The notes: generated from the sequence alone by a model not told the origin. 64,000 nt of DNA from an uncultured Verrucomicrobiae bacterium (GCA_963708525.1 CAVPTH010000009.1:94648-158647); one strand, 5' to 3'. Counted from the first letter of the stretch, positions 54,229 through 63,776 are shown. A program made the numbers and translations.

Positions 54229-54680
54229 TTGGCAGCCTCCAGTTTTTTGACTTCATGAACGAAATCCGTGGCCTCCTGAAACCGCCGATAGACACTGGCA
54301 AATCGTACATAGGCGACCTCATCAATGTCCCGCAGACCGTCCATGACTGATTTGCCGATGAATTCAGCGGGCACTTCACTTTCAAACTTGTCGGTCACGG
54401 CGGCGACGATATGGTCGGTCAAATCCTCCATGACCTGCGGACTGACGGGGCGCTTCTGACAGGCCTTTTTGATGCCGGACAAAAGCTTCTCGCGGGAAAA
54501 TTCCTCGTGTCGCCCATCCCGCTTCAACACCATGAGCCCTTCCCGTTCAACTTCTTCATAGGTGGTGAACCGATGACCGCACTTGCTACATTCGCGGCGG
54601 CGGCGAATCGTGGCTCCTTCGCGCGAGGCGCGCGAGTCAATGACTTTGTCTTCCTGACAGCCGCACTTGGTGCAACGCAT
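54225..54680 (-). CDS. nrdR: Transcriptional repressor NrdR
   Basis: MRCTKCGCQEDKVIDSR...RRRRECSKCGHRFTTYE (zinc ribbon) plus an ATP-cone. Confidence 0.93.
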   Translation of the reverse strand: MRCTKCGCQEDKVIDSRASREGATIRRRRECSKCGHRFTTYEEVEREGLMVLKRDGRHEEFSREKLLSGIKKACQKRPVSPQVMEDLTDHIVAAVTDKFESEVPAEFIGKSVMDGLRDIDEVAYVRFASVYRRFQEATDFVHEVKKLEAAK

Positions 54681-54866
54681 AAAGCCACTGCTAATTGTGG
54701 CTGCTTTCTTGTATCATACAAAGTTTTGTGGTGTCAAGGGGTGACCGGCAGGATGCGGCCGAAAGTTATTCACAAGAAAGTGCGCTTGCGTTCACGCATT
54801 TTTTGGTTATGCTTAACGACTCTTTTTGCGAGATGGCAGTGACACGATTTTTTTACGATTGATTTT

Positions 54867-55424
54867 ATGGCAACAGCGAACGACCTCCGCCGCGGCATGG
54901 CGATCAACTACAACGGTGACATTTCAGTGGTGCTGGACATGCAACACCGTACGCCGGGCAACCTGCGCGCGTTTGTCCAGGCAACGCTCCGCAGCATCCG
55001 CACCGGTAAATCGTCCGACGTGCGGTTCAGTTCCACCGAGCGCATCGAGCCCGTCCCAATGATCACCAAACGGATGGAGTACAGTTATAAGGATGGTGAG
55101 GATTATGTTTTCACCGATCCGGAAACGTACGAAACGGTCACGCTTACTCCGGAATTGGTCGGCGATTCAAAAAATTATCTGGTAGAGAATGGCGGAGCAA
55201 CCGTGACCTTTGTGGAAGAGAAGGCCGTGTCCGTTGAGTTGCCATCCAGTGTCGTCCTGGCCGTAACCGATGCGCCGGAAGGGATCCGCGGCGACTCATC
55301 CAATAACGTCCAGAAACCCATCACGCTGGAAACCGGCATCACGGTTCAAGCGCCATTGTTCATCAAGACGGGTGAGAAGATCAAGGTGGACACCCGCACC
55401 GGCAAGTATATGGAGCGCGCCTGA
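54867..55424 (+). CDS. efp: Elongation factor P
   Basis: 185 aa with MATANDLRRGMAINYNG and the KPG-region equivalent. OB domains run through to the C-terminus. Confidence 0.92.
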   Translation: MATANDLRRGMAINYNGDISVVLDMQHRTPGNLRAFVQATLRSIRTGKSSDVRFSSTERIEPVPMITKRMEYSYKDGEDYVFTDPETYETVTLTPELVGDSKNYLVENGGATVTFVEEKAVSVELPSSVVLAVTDAPEGIRGDSSNNVQKPITLETGITVQAPLFIKTGEKIKVDTRTGKYMERA

Positions 55425-55535
55425 GGGCCGGAGAAGCCGGCTTTGACCCGTTGCAGCCCGTCGCCGGCGGGCTTTTATTTTGCAAGGGAATGCTTTTCAA
55501 GCCCACCGGGTTTGGTTATTTCTGTGCCGACACAT

Positions 55536-57311
55536 ATGCCGGAGCAGGCAAAAGGAGAGAAGTTGTTTCACGGCATTGCCGTTTCCGCCGGCATTTGCCG
55601 GGGGAAAATTCTTGTTCTCCACCGTGCCCGCCACATCATCGCCCGCCGCGGACTGGCCGACAACGAGCTCAATGAAGAAGTCAGCCGCTTTGAAAAGGCG
55701 CTCGTCCAGACGCGCCAGCAAATCCTGGAAATTCAGGGTAAAGTGCGGGAAACCCTCAGCTCGAAGGAAGCGGACATTTTTGAGGCCCACCTGCTGATGC
55801 TGGAAGACCGGGTATTGGTGGATGAGGTCATCCGCATGGTCCGGGAACAAAAAGTCAACGCCGACTTTGCCTTTCACACCGTGGCGGAGCGTTACGTCAC
55901 GGCGCTCGTCTCGGCCAATGACGAATACCTCCGTGAACGCGCCAACGACATGCGCGATCTGACCGCACGGGTGCTGGATAACCTGCTGGAGGTGGAGGAT
56001 GAATTTGACCTGCGCCATCTCGCCGAACCGTGCATCCTGGTCAGCCACGATCTGAGCCCGTCCACCACGGCGCAACTGGACAAGAAATTCGTGCTGGGGT
56101 TCGCCACCGACATCGGCGGGCAGACTTCGCATACCGCCATCATGGCGAGGTCATTGGGCATCCCCGCCGTCGTCGGTCTCCAAACCGTCAGTCAGGAATT
56201 GGACAGCGGCGATTACGCATTGCTGGACGGTTATAACGGCACGGTCATCGTCAACCCGACCGATCAGACGCTGTTCGAATACGGGCAGTTGGCGAAAATC
56301 AAGGCGTCCCTGGCGGAGAAACTGCGGGAAATTCAACAGCAGCCCGCGGTCACCCTGGACGGCAAAATCATTCATCTTTCGGCCAACATCGAAGATCAGA
56401 ACGATATCGAATCGGTGCTGGCGCACGGCGCCGAAGGCGTGGGTTTGTTTCGGACGGAATATCTGTTTATCAGCCGCGAAAGCCTGCCGACCGAGGAGGA
56501 ACAGTATCAGTCCTATCGCAAAGTGGCCGCGGCGTTGAAACCGAATCCGGTTATCATTCGCACTCTCGATTTAGGCGGTGACAAATTCGCCTCGCATCTG
56601 CAGCTGGCCAAGGAAGTCAATCCCTTCCTGGGCTGGCGGGCCATCCGGTTCTGCCTCGCGCAACCGGAATTGTTCCGCGCCCAGCTCCGCGCCATCCTGC
56701 GCGCCAGCGCCGAGGGCAACGTTAAAATGATGTATCCGATGATTTCCGGCCTGGAGGAACTGAACCAGGCCAATGCGCTGGTGGAAAAATGCCGGGCCGA
56801 ACTGCGCGCCGAGGGGCTGCCATTCGATGAAAAAATGGAAATCGGTGCGATGATTGAAATTCCATCCGCCGCGTTGATCGCCGACGTGCTGGCTCCTCGC
56901 GTCAAGTTTTTCAGCATCGGCAGCAATGACCTCATCCAATATACGCTCGCTGCCGACCGCACCAATGAGAAGGTGTCACACCTTTATGAACCAACGCACC
57001 CGGCGATCATCCGCCTCATCAAAATGACGGTGGATGCAGCACATCGGCATGGAATCTGGGCGGGTGTCTGCGGTGAAGTCGCCGGGGATCCCGTGCTCGC
57101 GCCGCTGTTGATCGGTCTGGGGGTGGATGAACTCAGCGCCGCGCCGACCGTCGTGGCCCAGGTCAAATATATCGTTCGCCGCCTCAAATTGAGCGAAGCC
57201 CAGGCACTGGCTGAATTTGCAATCCAATGCGAATCGCCCACCGAAATTTATGCGCATTGCCGGGAATTGGCTCGCCAGACGGCACCGAGTCTTTTTGAAA
57301 GCGAATCATGA
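55536..57311 (+). CDS. ptsI: Phosphoenolpyruvate-protein phosphotransferase (PTS enzyme I)
   Basis: Start at MPEQAKGEKLFHGIAVSAG, with GGQTSHTAIMARSLGIPAVVG (active-site His), GLFRTEYLF and FSIGSNDLIQYTLA. Confidence 0.92.
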   Translation: MPEQAKGEKLFHGIAVSAGICRGKILVLHRARHIIARRGLADNELNEEVSRFEKALVQTRQQILEIQGKVRETLSSKEADIFEAHLLMLEDRVLVDEVIRMVREQKVNADFAFHTVAERYVTALVSANDEYLRERANDMRDLTARVLDNLLEVEDEFDLRHLAEPCILVSHDLSPSTTAQLDKKFVLGFATDIGGQTSHTAIMARSLGIPAVVGLQTVSQELDSGDYALLDGYNGTVIVNPTDQTLFEYGQLAKIKASLAEKLREIQQQPAVTLDGKIIHLSANIEDQNDIESVLAHGAEGVGLFRTEYLFISRESLPTEEEQYQSYRKVAAALKPNPVIIRTLDLGGDKFASHLQLAKEVNPFLGWRAIRFCLAQPELFRAQLRAILRASAEGNVKMMYPMISGLEELNQANALVEKCRAELRAEGLPFDEKMEIGAMIEIPSAALIADVLAPRVKFFSIGSNDLIQYTLAADRTNEKVSHLYEPTHPAIIRLIKMTVDAAHRHGIWAGVCGEVAGDPVLAPLLIGLGVDELSAAPTVVAQVKYIVRRLKLSEAQALAEFAIQCESPTEIYAHCRELARQTAPSLFESES

Positions 57312-58069
57312 AGATGATCATCCTTGCCGCCGGTTACGCGACCCGGCTGTATCCGCTTACTCTTAATCAACCCAAGCCGCTATTGCATGTCGCCGGTAAA
57401 CCGATGGTGGAATATGTCCTCGACAACCTCGCGCCCATCGGAGGCATCGACCGTGTTTACGTCGTCACCAACGCCAAATTCGCAGGTCATTTCCAACAAT
57501 GGTCGGACCAGTACCGCGCCACCAAATCCAAATTTGACTTCACCGTCGTCAACGACGGCTCGACCGACGACGCCAATAAACTCGGCGCCATTGGCGACAT
57601 TCATTTTGTCCTTAAGACCCAGCATGTGGACGACGACCTCATCGTCGTGGCCGGAGACAATCTGTTCAGTGAAAAACTGGGTGATTTCGGAAAATTTTGC
57701 CGCGAGAAGAACGCACCGGTCCTGGCGCTATACGACGTGGGTGATTTGGAACAGATCAGAAAGTACAACTCCATTTCTGTGGATAGCACCGGTCGGATCA
57801 CGTTTTTCGAAGAAAAACCAAAGAACCCGACCAGTACCCTCACCGGCATCGCGCTTTATTTTTATCCGAAAGACAGCATCCCGCTCATCCGACAGTACAT
57901 GGCCGAAGGTAACAACCCTGACCAGCCGGGCCGATTGGTCCAATGGCTTTACCCGCGCACAGCGGTTTATACCTGGCGCGTACCCGGGCTCTGGTTTGAT
58001 ATCGGCTCGAAGGAAACACTGGAGGAGGCCAACCAGATCTTTGCCAGCCTTCCCGGCGTGAACAAATAA
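57308..58069 (+). CDS. Sugar-phosphate nucleotidyltransferase (NDP-sugar pyrophosphorylase family)
   Basis: MKMIILAAGYATRLYPLTLNQPKPLLHVAGKP signature. ATGA overlap with ptsI. Confidence 0.85.
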   Translation: MKMIILAAGYATRLYPLTLNQPKPLLHVAGKPMVEYVLDNLAPIGGIDRVYVVTNAKFAGHFQQWSDQYRATKSKFDFTVVNDGSTDDANKLGAIGDIHFVLKTQHVDDDLIVVAGDNLFSEKLGDFGKFCREKNAPVLALYDVGDLEQIRKYNSISVDSTGRITFFEEKPKNPTSTLTGIALYFYPKDSIPLIRQYMAEGNNPDQPGRLVQWLYPRTAVYTWRVPGLWFDIGSKETLEEANQIFASLPGVNK

Positions 58070-58131
58070 ATCTCCGGTCGCGCAAAAATATTTCCCGGTC
58101 ATCGGGGGCATGATACAAACGGAAAGCGACC

Positions 58132-59286
58132 ATGGATTTTTTCGATCAGGAAACGCATGCCAGGAGGCAAACACGCCTGCTCGGATGTCTGTTTGGGCTG
58201 GCGGTATTGGCCTTCATTGTCCTGACGTATTTGATTCTGGCCGTACCGATTCTGTTTTTCTGGAAAAATTCGGCGTTGTCTACAGGCTTTTCTCAATGGA
58301 TTTGGGATCCGCGCCTGGCCTTATGGGTCGTGGCCGGCACCTTGCTTTCCACCACACTGGGTTGTCTTTATAAAATGCACCTGTTGTCCGGCGGTGGTGC
58401 CGTAGTCGCCGAGCTGCTGGGTGGCCGGAAAATCGATCCGGATCCAGCCGACCCGGACGAAAAACGATTGCGCGATGTCGTTGAGGAAATGGCCATCGCT
58501 GCCGGTCTGCCCTCACCGGAAATCTACGTGCTCGACCATGAGCGGGGTATCAACGCCTTTGCCGCCGGCCACACCCGCGAGGATACGGTCCTGGGCGTCA
58601 CGTTCGGGTGCCTGAAGCTGCTGACGCGCGACGAATTGCAGGGCATAGTCGCCCACGAATTCAGCCACGTGTTGAACGGCGACACCCGGTTGAATATGAA
58701 ACTGATGGCGCTGGCCCACGGGCTTTTCTGGCCGACGATTGTCGGCCGCATTCTGGTGCGTGGAACCACGCGCGCGCCGGAAATCGGTGAATCCATCTTT
58801 GATGAGGGCACCCCTCCAATTTTTCTGCCCACCGCGCCCCTGGGGGTGCTGTTCCTGATTATCGGCGGCGTCAGCTCACCCCTGGTACGACTGCTCAAAA
58901 GTCTGATTTGCCGCGAACGCGAATGGTTGGCGGATGCCGCGGCGGTGCAATTCACACGCAATCCGGCCGGCATCGCCGGCGCACTCAAAAAAATCGGCGG
59001 GTTGTACAAGCAGGGACGGCTCGACACACCATATGCCGAAACTGCCAGTCACTTGTATTTTGCAAATTCCGCTTTCTATCCGTGGCTCAGCTGTCTCTCC
59101 ACCCACCCGCCGCTCACCAAACGGATTCTGGCCATTGATCCGGCATTCGACGGCCAGTTTGCACATGTTCAATCCCTGCCGCGCCCGGCGGAAGACCTCG
59201 CAGAGGAAGCCAAATACGACCGGGAGTACGAAGAAACCATCCGGCGGGCGCGCGAGGAGGCCAAAGAGCGCGGGGAACTGCAGTGA
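58132..59286 (+). CDS. M48-family zinc metallopeptidase (HtpX-like)
   Basis: N-terminal TM helices and HEFSHVLNGD (HExxH). Confidence 0.85.
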   Translation: MDFFDQETHARRQTRLLGCLFGLAVLAFIVLTYLILAVPILFFWKNSALSTGFSQWIWDPRLALWVVAGTLLSTTLGCLYKMHLLSGGGAVVAELLGGRKIDPDPADPDEKRLRDVVEEMAIAAGLPSPEIYVLDHERGINAFAAGHTREDTVLGVTFGCLKLLTRDELQGIVAHEFSHVLNGDTRLNMKLMALAHGLFWPTIVGRILVRGTTRAPEIGESIFDEGTPPIFLPTAPLGVLFLIIGGVSSPLVRLLKSLICREREWLADAAAVQFTRNPAGIAGALKKIGGLYKQGRLDTPYAETASHLYFANSAFYPWLSCLSTHPPLTKRILAIDPAFDGQFAHVQSLPRPAEDLAEEAKYDREYEETIRRAREEAKERGELQ

Positions 59287-59289
59287 AAT

Positions 59290-60567
59290 TTATTTCACCG
59301 TCACAACGACGTAATTTTTTTTGCCCTTGCGCAGCAGGATATGCTTGCCGAAGAGCAAATCGTTGCTCGTGATCGCATGCTGAAAACTGGATTCACGAAC
59401 ATTGTTGAGGTTTACGCCGCCGCCTTCAACGTCTTTGCGCGCCTGACCCTTGGATGAACATAAACCGGAAAGGATGAGCAGCTCCACCAGTGGCAAACCG
59501 GCACCGTCCAGTTTCGCCTTTTCCAGTTCCTTTGTCGGCACCTCGCCGACAATTTCGTTGAACGTGCTTTCGGCGAGCCCTTTGAGGTCACCCCCGAATA
59601 GAATTTCGCTGGCGCGGATGGCTTCCATGGTTGCCGCCGGCCCATGTATTAAATCGGTGGCTGCCCGGGCCAGGGCCTTGTGCGCCTCGCGCGTGCCAGG
59701 ATTTTCCATGTGCTTTTTTTCCAGCGCTTCAATCTCCGCTTTTGGCAAAAACGTGAAGTATTTCAGGTAACGGATGACATCGCGGTCATCCGTATTGACC
59801 CAAAACTGGTAAAATTTGTAGACGCTCGTCCGTTTCGGGTCGAGCCACACAGCTCCGGCCTCGGTCTTGCCGAATTTCGTACCATCGGCATTGGTGATCA
59901 GCGGAAGCGTGAGACCGTACGCGGTTTTGCCCAGCTTCTTACGAATGAGATCAATGCCCGCCGTGATGTTACCCCATTGGTCGCTGCCGCCAATCTGCAG
60001 TTCGCAACCATGTTTCTCGTACAACACCAGAAAATCAAACGCCTGCAACAGCATGTAGCTGAATTCGGTATAGCTGATGCCCACCTCGCGGTCCTCCATC
60101 CGCGCCCGAACGCTTTCCTTGGCAACCATCTGGTTGACGGAAAAATGCTTGCCAACATCGCGGAGGAAATCGAGAAAAGAAACGTTCGCCGTCCAGGAAG
60201 CGTTGTCCACCAACCGCGCCGGATTGGTTTTGGTTTCAAAGTCGAGCAACCGTTTGAGTTGTTCCTTTACGCTGGCGATGTTGCGTTCCAGCACTTGTTT
60301 GGTGAGCAGCTGTCGCTCCTGGGTCTTGCCGCTGGGATCACCGATGGAACCGGTGGCGCCACCCGCCACGGCAATCGGATGATGGCCAAGCGCCTGGAAC
60401 CGACGGAGCGCGAGCAAGGGCACCAGATTGCCAACGTGCAGGCTGTCAGCGGTCGGATCAAACCCACAGTAAAGCGTGAGCGGAGTGGAAACTTTTTTCG
60501 CCAGTTCCGGCACATCGGTGCAATCGGCAATGAGACCGCGCCATTTCAATTCTTCCAGAATGCTCAC
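59290..60567 (-). CDS. tyrS: Tyrosine--tRNA ligase
   Basis: 425 aa with YCGFDPTADSLHVGN (HIGH), KFGKT (KMSKS) and a C-terminal S4 domain. Confidence 0.95.
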   Translation of the reverse strand: MSILEELKWRGLIADCTDVPELAKKVSTPLTLYCGFDPTADSLHVGNLVPLLALRRFQALGHHPIAVAGGATGSIGDPSGKTQERQLLTKQVLERNIASVKEQLKRLLDFETKTNPARLVDNASWTANVSFLDFLRDVGKHFSVNQMVAKESVRARMEDREVGISYTEFSYMLLQAFDFLVLYEKHGCELQIGGSDQWGNITAGIDLIRKKLGKTAYGLTLPLITNADGTKFGKTEAGAVWLDPKRTSVYKFYQFWVNTDDRDVIRYLKYFTFLPKAEIEALEKKHMENPGTREAHKALARAATDLIHGPAATMEAIRASEILFGGDLKGLAESTFNEIVGEVPTKELEKAKLDGAGLPLVELLILSGLCSSKGQARKDVEGGGVNLNNVRESSFQHAITSNDLLFGKHILLRKGKKNYVVVTVK

Positions 60568-60739
60568 AAAGGCAGAATAAATTGACGATGGCTAATTGCC
60601 AATGGCCAATTGATGTTTGGTTCCTCCTCACTCTCGTCCTCGTCGTCGAATTTTCGATTACAAGAACGCGGACGACAACGAGGACGGTTGGAGAAACTTT
60701 GGACTTTGGACTTCAGGCTTGGGACTTTAATCTTCGGCG

Positions 60740-62317
60740 ATGTCACAAATGTTGAAGTCGTCCGGCGCGATGGCTGTCGCCACGTTTACCAGCCGTATCC
60801 TGGGCATGGTGCGCGAAATAGTCTACGCCCAGTTCATGGGTGACACCTGGGTCGCCGGGATTTTCAAGTTTGCCTTCCAGATTCCGAACCTCTTCCGCAG
60901 GTTACTGGGCGAAGGCGCGTTGACCGCAGCGTTCATTCCCATCTTTAAGGAAAAGGAAAAAACACACGGCGAAACCGAGATGTGGCGCGCGGCGAACGCG
61001 GTGATTTCCGGCCTGGTCATGGTTGCGAGTGTGGTCGTGGCGCTGGTCTTGCTCGGTCTCTCCCTCGCCCTGGCGCTGCATCAGTTCGACGCCAAAACCG
61101 AGCTGATGTTGCGGTTGCTGCGGGTGATGTTTCCCTACATGGTGCTGGTCTGCGTCGCAGCAGCGTTCATGGGCATGTTGAACGCCCGCGGCCACTTTTT
61201 CATTCCGGCGATGGGCGCGACCGCGCTTAACGTCGTGATGATCGGCTCCGTGCTCTGGCTCGCCCCGAAATTCGGCCTGGACCTGCCGAAGGAACAAAGG
61301 CTGCCGGTACAGATTTTTGCGCTGGCTTACGGAGTGCTGGCGGCGGGAGTGGCCCAGGCCGCGTTTCAACTGCCAACGCTCTGGCGCGACGGCTTCCGTT
61401 ACCGGTGGGTTTCCCCCTGGCACAATGAAACCGTCCGATTGGTGGTGACCCGCATGATTCCCGCCACCATTGGCGTCGCCGCGTTTCAAATCAACGTGAC
61501 GCTGGTCCAATTCCTCGCCGTCTCGGTCAATCCGCAAATCAACGCCTCCTTTGATTACGCCGTGCGCCTGATGGAACTGCCGCAGGGCATGTTCGGTATT
61601 TCACTGGCGACGTATTTGCTGACAGCCTTGAGTGCCCTGGCGGTGGAAAAAAAGTACCCGGAATTTCGCGCCACGTTGCGGCACGGGTTGGGCACACTGC
61701 TCTTCGCCAACCTCATCGCCGCTGTTTTGCTCGTCGTGCTGGCGGAACCCATTGTGCGACTGCTGTTTGAACACGGCAACAAATTCACCGCCGCCTCCAC
61801 CACCCGCGCGACGTTCGCCCTCCAATGCCTCGCCCCCGGGCTGGTGGCCTTTTCCTCCGTCAACGTCCTGGCACGGGCGTTTTTCGCACTGGGCGACACC
61901 AAAACGCCGATGAAAATCAGTGTGTTTTGTCTCACGCTGAATCTGATCCTGGCGGCTGTGCTCATCCTGCCGTTGCGGCAGGGCGGCCTCGGCCTGGCAA
62001 ACACGGCAACGTCCATCTGCAACGTTGGCCTGCTGCTTTACTGGCTGCGCCGGAAACTCACCACGCTGGAAATGGAACCACTGCGCGCGACCTTTTTGCC
62101 ACTGGCGGTGGCTGGAATTTTGGCGGGATTGGTGGCGTGGGGTGGCTGGCAATTTTGGGAGGGCAAAATCGGACATGCGACCCTCGCATTGAAAATCGGC
62201 GCGGTATTTGTACCGGCCGGAGTGGCCGGTCTGGTTTACTGGGTGACAGCTCTGGCGTTCAAAATTCCAGCGGCGAAAGAGATGGCGGAGTTTGCCCTGG
62301 CAAAGTTTAAAAAATAA
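60740..62317 (+). CDS. murJ: Lipid II flippase MurJ
   Basis: 525 aa with SRILGMVREIVYAQFMG...FAFQIPNLFRRLLGEGALTAAFIPIF and about 14 TM segments. Confidence 0.92.
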   Translation: MSQMLKSSGAMAVATFTSRILGMVREIVYAQFMGDTWVAGIFKFAFQIPNLFRRLLGEGALTAAFIPIFKEKEKTHGETEMWRAANAVISGLVMVASVVVALVLLGLSLALALHQFDAKTELMLRLLRVMFPYMVLVCVAAAFMGMLNARGHFFIPAMGATALNVVMIGSVLWLAPKFGLDLPKEQRLPVQIFALAYGVLAAGVAQAAFQLPTLWRDGFRYRWVSPWHNETVRLVVTRMIPATIGVAAFQINVTLVQFLAVSVNPQINASFDYAVRLMELPQGMFGISLATYLLTALSALAVEKKYPEFRATLRHGLGTLLFANLIAAVLLVVLAEPIVRLLFEHGNKFTAASTTRATFALQCLAPGLVAFSSVNVLARAFFALGDTKTPMKISVFCLTLNLILAAVLILPLRQGGLGLANTATSICNVGLLLYWLRRKLTTLEMEPLRATFLPLAVAGILAGLVAWGGWQFWEGKIGHATLALKIGAVFVPAGVAGLVYWVTALAFKIPAAKEMAEFALAKFKK

Positions 62318-62324
62318 ACCGGGA

Positions 62325-62357
62325 GGGACGGCGTGCCGCCGTCCCTGATTTTTATTT
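62325..62357 (+). terminator. Rho-independent terminator after murJ (in the convergent gap with ispE)
   Basis: A perfect 9-bp GC-rich stem, GGGACGGCG (62325-33) / CGCCGTCCC (62337-45), with a 3-nt loop, followed by TGATTTTTATTT. Confidence 0.75.
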
Positions 62358-62386
62358 GGGACATCGACTCGGCGTGCCTCCCAAAA

Positions 62387-63259
62387 TCAAATTCTCACCA
62401 CGGCCATCCAGCAATTTTGCCCGAACTTCGCTTTGAATTTTTCGGTGAGTGCCTCGGCAGCGGGCACATTATTAAAAATGGCAAACGTCGTCGAACCGCT
62501 ACCGGACATCAGCGCGACCAGCGCGCCATGGGCAAGGAGAAATTCCTGGAACAGCGCGAGCAACGGGTACTTTCCCAGTACGGGTGCTTCCAGCGAATTG
62601 TAGAAACGGTCAGCACCGGCGGGCCAGTTGTCGGTTTGCAAATTTGAAATCAATTCCCCGGCACGCCCGGGCCGGCCGTTCAGGGCGACCGGAAACCGTG
62701 CCAGCTCCTGATACGCCCACGCGGTGGAAACACCGAACCCCGGGTGAATCAACAGCAGTGCCTTGTCGCGCAAGGCTGGAAACGGAGACAGCGGTTGGAT
62801 TTGTTCGCCCCGGCCACTGGCCAACGCCGGCTGGTTCTGCAAAAAGAACGGCACATCCGAACCAAGCGACGCGGCCAATTCGGTGAGTTTTTCCGATGCG
62901 AGTGGCTGTTCGAAAAGTTCGTTGAGGGCCAGCAGGGTGATGGCGGCATTGCCGCTGCCGCCGCCGAGACCGGCCGCGAGGGGAATCTTCTTCTCCAAAT
63001 GAATCTTTACCCCTTCCTGGATTTTTGTTGTCTGCAAAAATACGGCGGCCGCCCGGTGGACCAGGTTTTGCGCGTCCACGGGCAGGTTGGCATCGGAACA
63101 CGAAAGTTCGACGCCGGCACCACCGCGCGTAAACGTCAACCGGTCGCACACATTAACGGGTTGCAGGACGGTCTCAAGTTCGTGAAAACCGTCGGCGCGC
63201 CGGCCGAGGATGTTCAGCAGCAGGTTGACCTTGCACGGCGATTTTTTTTCCAGGCGCAT
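62387..63259 (-). CDS. ispE: 4-(cytidine 5'-diphospho)-2-C-methyl-D-erythritol kinase
   Basis: 290 aa with KVNLLLNILGRRADGFHELET and GHMP motif PLAAGLGGGSGNAA. Confidence 0.92.
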   Translation of the reverse strand: MRLEKKSPCKVNLLLNILGRRADGFHELETVLQPVNVCDRLTFTRGGAGVELSCSDANLPVDAQNLVHRAAAVFLQTTKIQEGVKIHLEKKIPLAAGLGGGSGNAAITLLALNELFEQPLASEKLTELAASLGSDVPFFLQNQPALASGRGEQIQPLSPFPALRDKALLLIHPGFGVSTAWAYQELARFPVALNGRPGRAGELISNLQTDNWPAGADRFYNSLEAPVLGKYPLLALFQEFLLAHGALVALMSGSGSTTFAIFNNVPAAEALTEKFKAKFGQNCWMAVVRI

Positions 63260-63331
63260 GGGGTCTTTACCAAAGCAAAACGCGCCAACGAACAGGTGTT
63301 GGCGCGCGGGTCAAAACGGGTTCCGACACGT

Positions 63332-63776
63332 TTAATTGTCAGTGACCTGGAACCGGCTGTTGGGAACCAGGGGAGCAATGTCGCCTCCACTTATGCCCAC
63401 GTACGTATCGGTGTCATATAACGGATCGGCCGGTAAACCGGGTTGGTAACAGTCCGGATAAGCCGGGTTGGGCGAGAGATAGCTGGTGAAAAGGGGATGA
63501 TACGGCGGTATCGGAAAAGTAATGACTTCATAGAGGCCCACGCCGGTCCGTGCGACGGTACGGTCGAAACCACTGACAAATCCGACGGTGCGACCGGCGG
63601 CCGGCGACTCAAACACGGCGGTCTGTTCCACGGACCGCCGCCATTCGCCACCACGGACAATTTCGGCAGAATTACTCATGCCGCGGCCGAGTTTGGATTC
63701 CATCTGGCCCAGCACAACCGGAAGTGAGCACCGCGGCCAGAGCAACCGCGCTCAGAAGGAAAAGTGCGCTACGCAT
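63332..63776 (-). CDS. Small lipoprotein resembling the exosortase-system-associated TIGR04073 family; apparent 1-nt frameshift between the signal peptide and the mature domain
   Basis: The frame from ATG (complement of 63774-63776) gives MRSALFLLSAVALAAVLTSGCAG (lipobox) and then stops. The track ORF continues QMESKLGRGMSNSAEI...RTGVGLYEVITFPIPPY. Removing one C from GGGCCAG (complement of 63704-63710) joins them. Confidence 0.55.

Noticed and set aside
60568-60739. A T-box riboswitch upstream of tyrS.
   Set aside because: The leader is only about 170 nt. I could not find the conserved T-box sequence (AAnnnGGGUGGUACCGCG-like), an AGAGA box or a specifier-loop arrangement. It is reported only as a generic hairpin.
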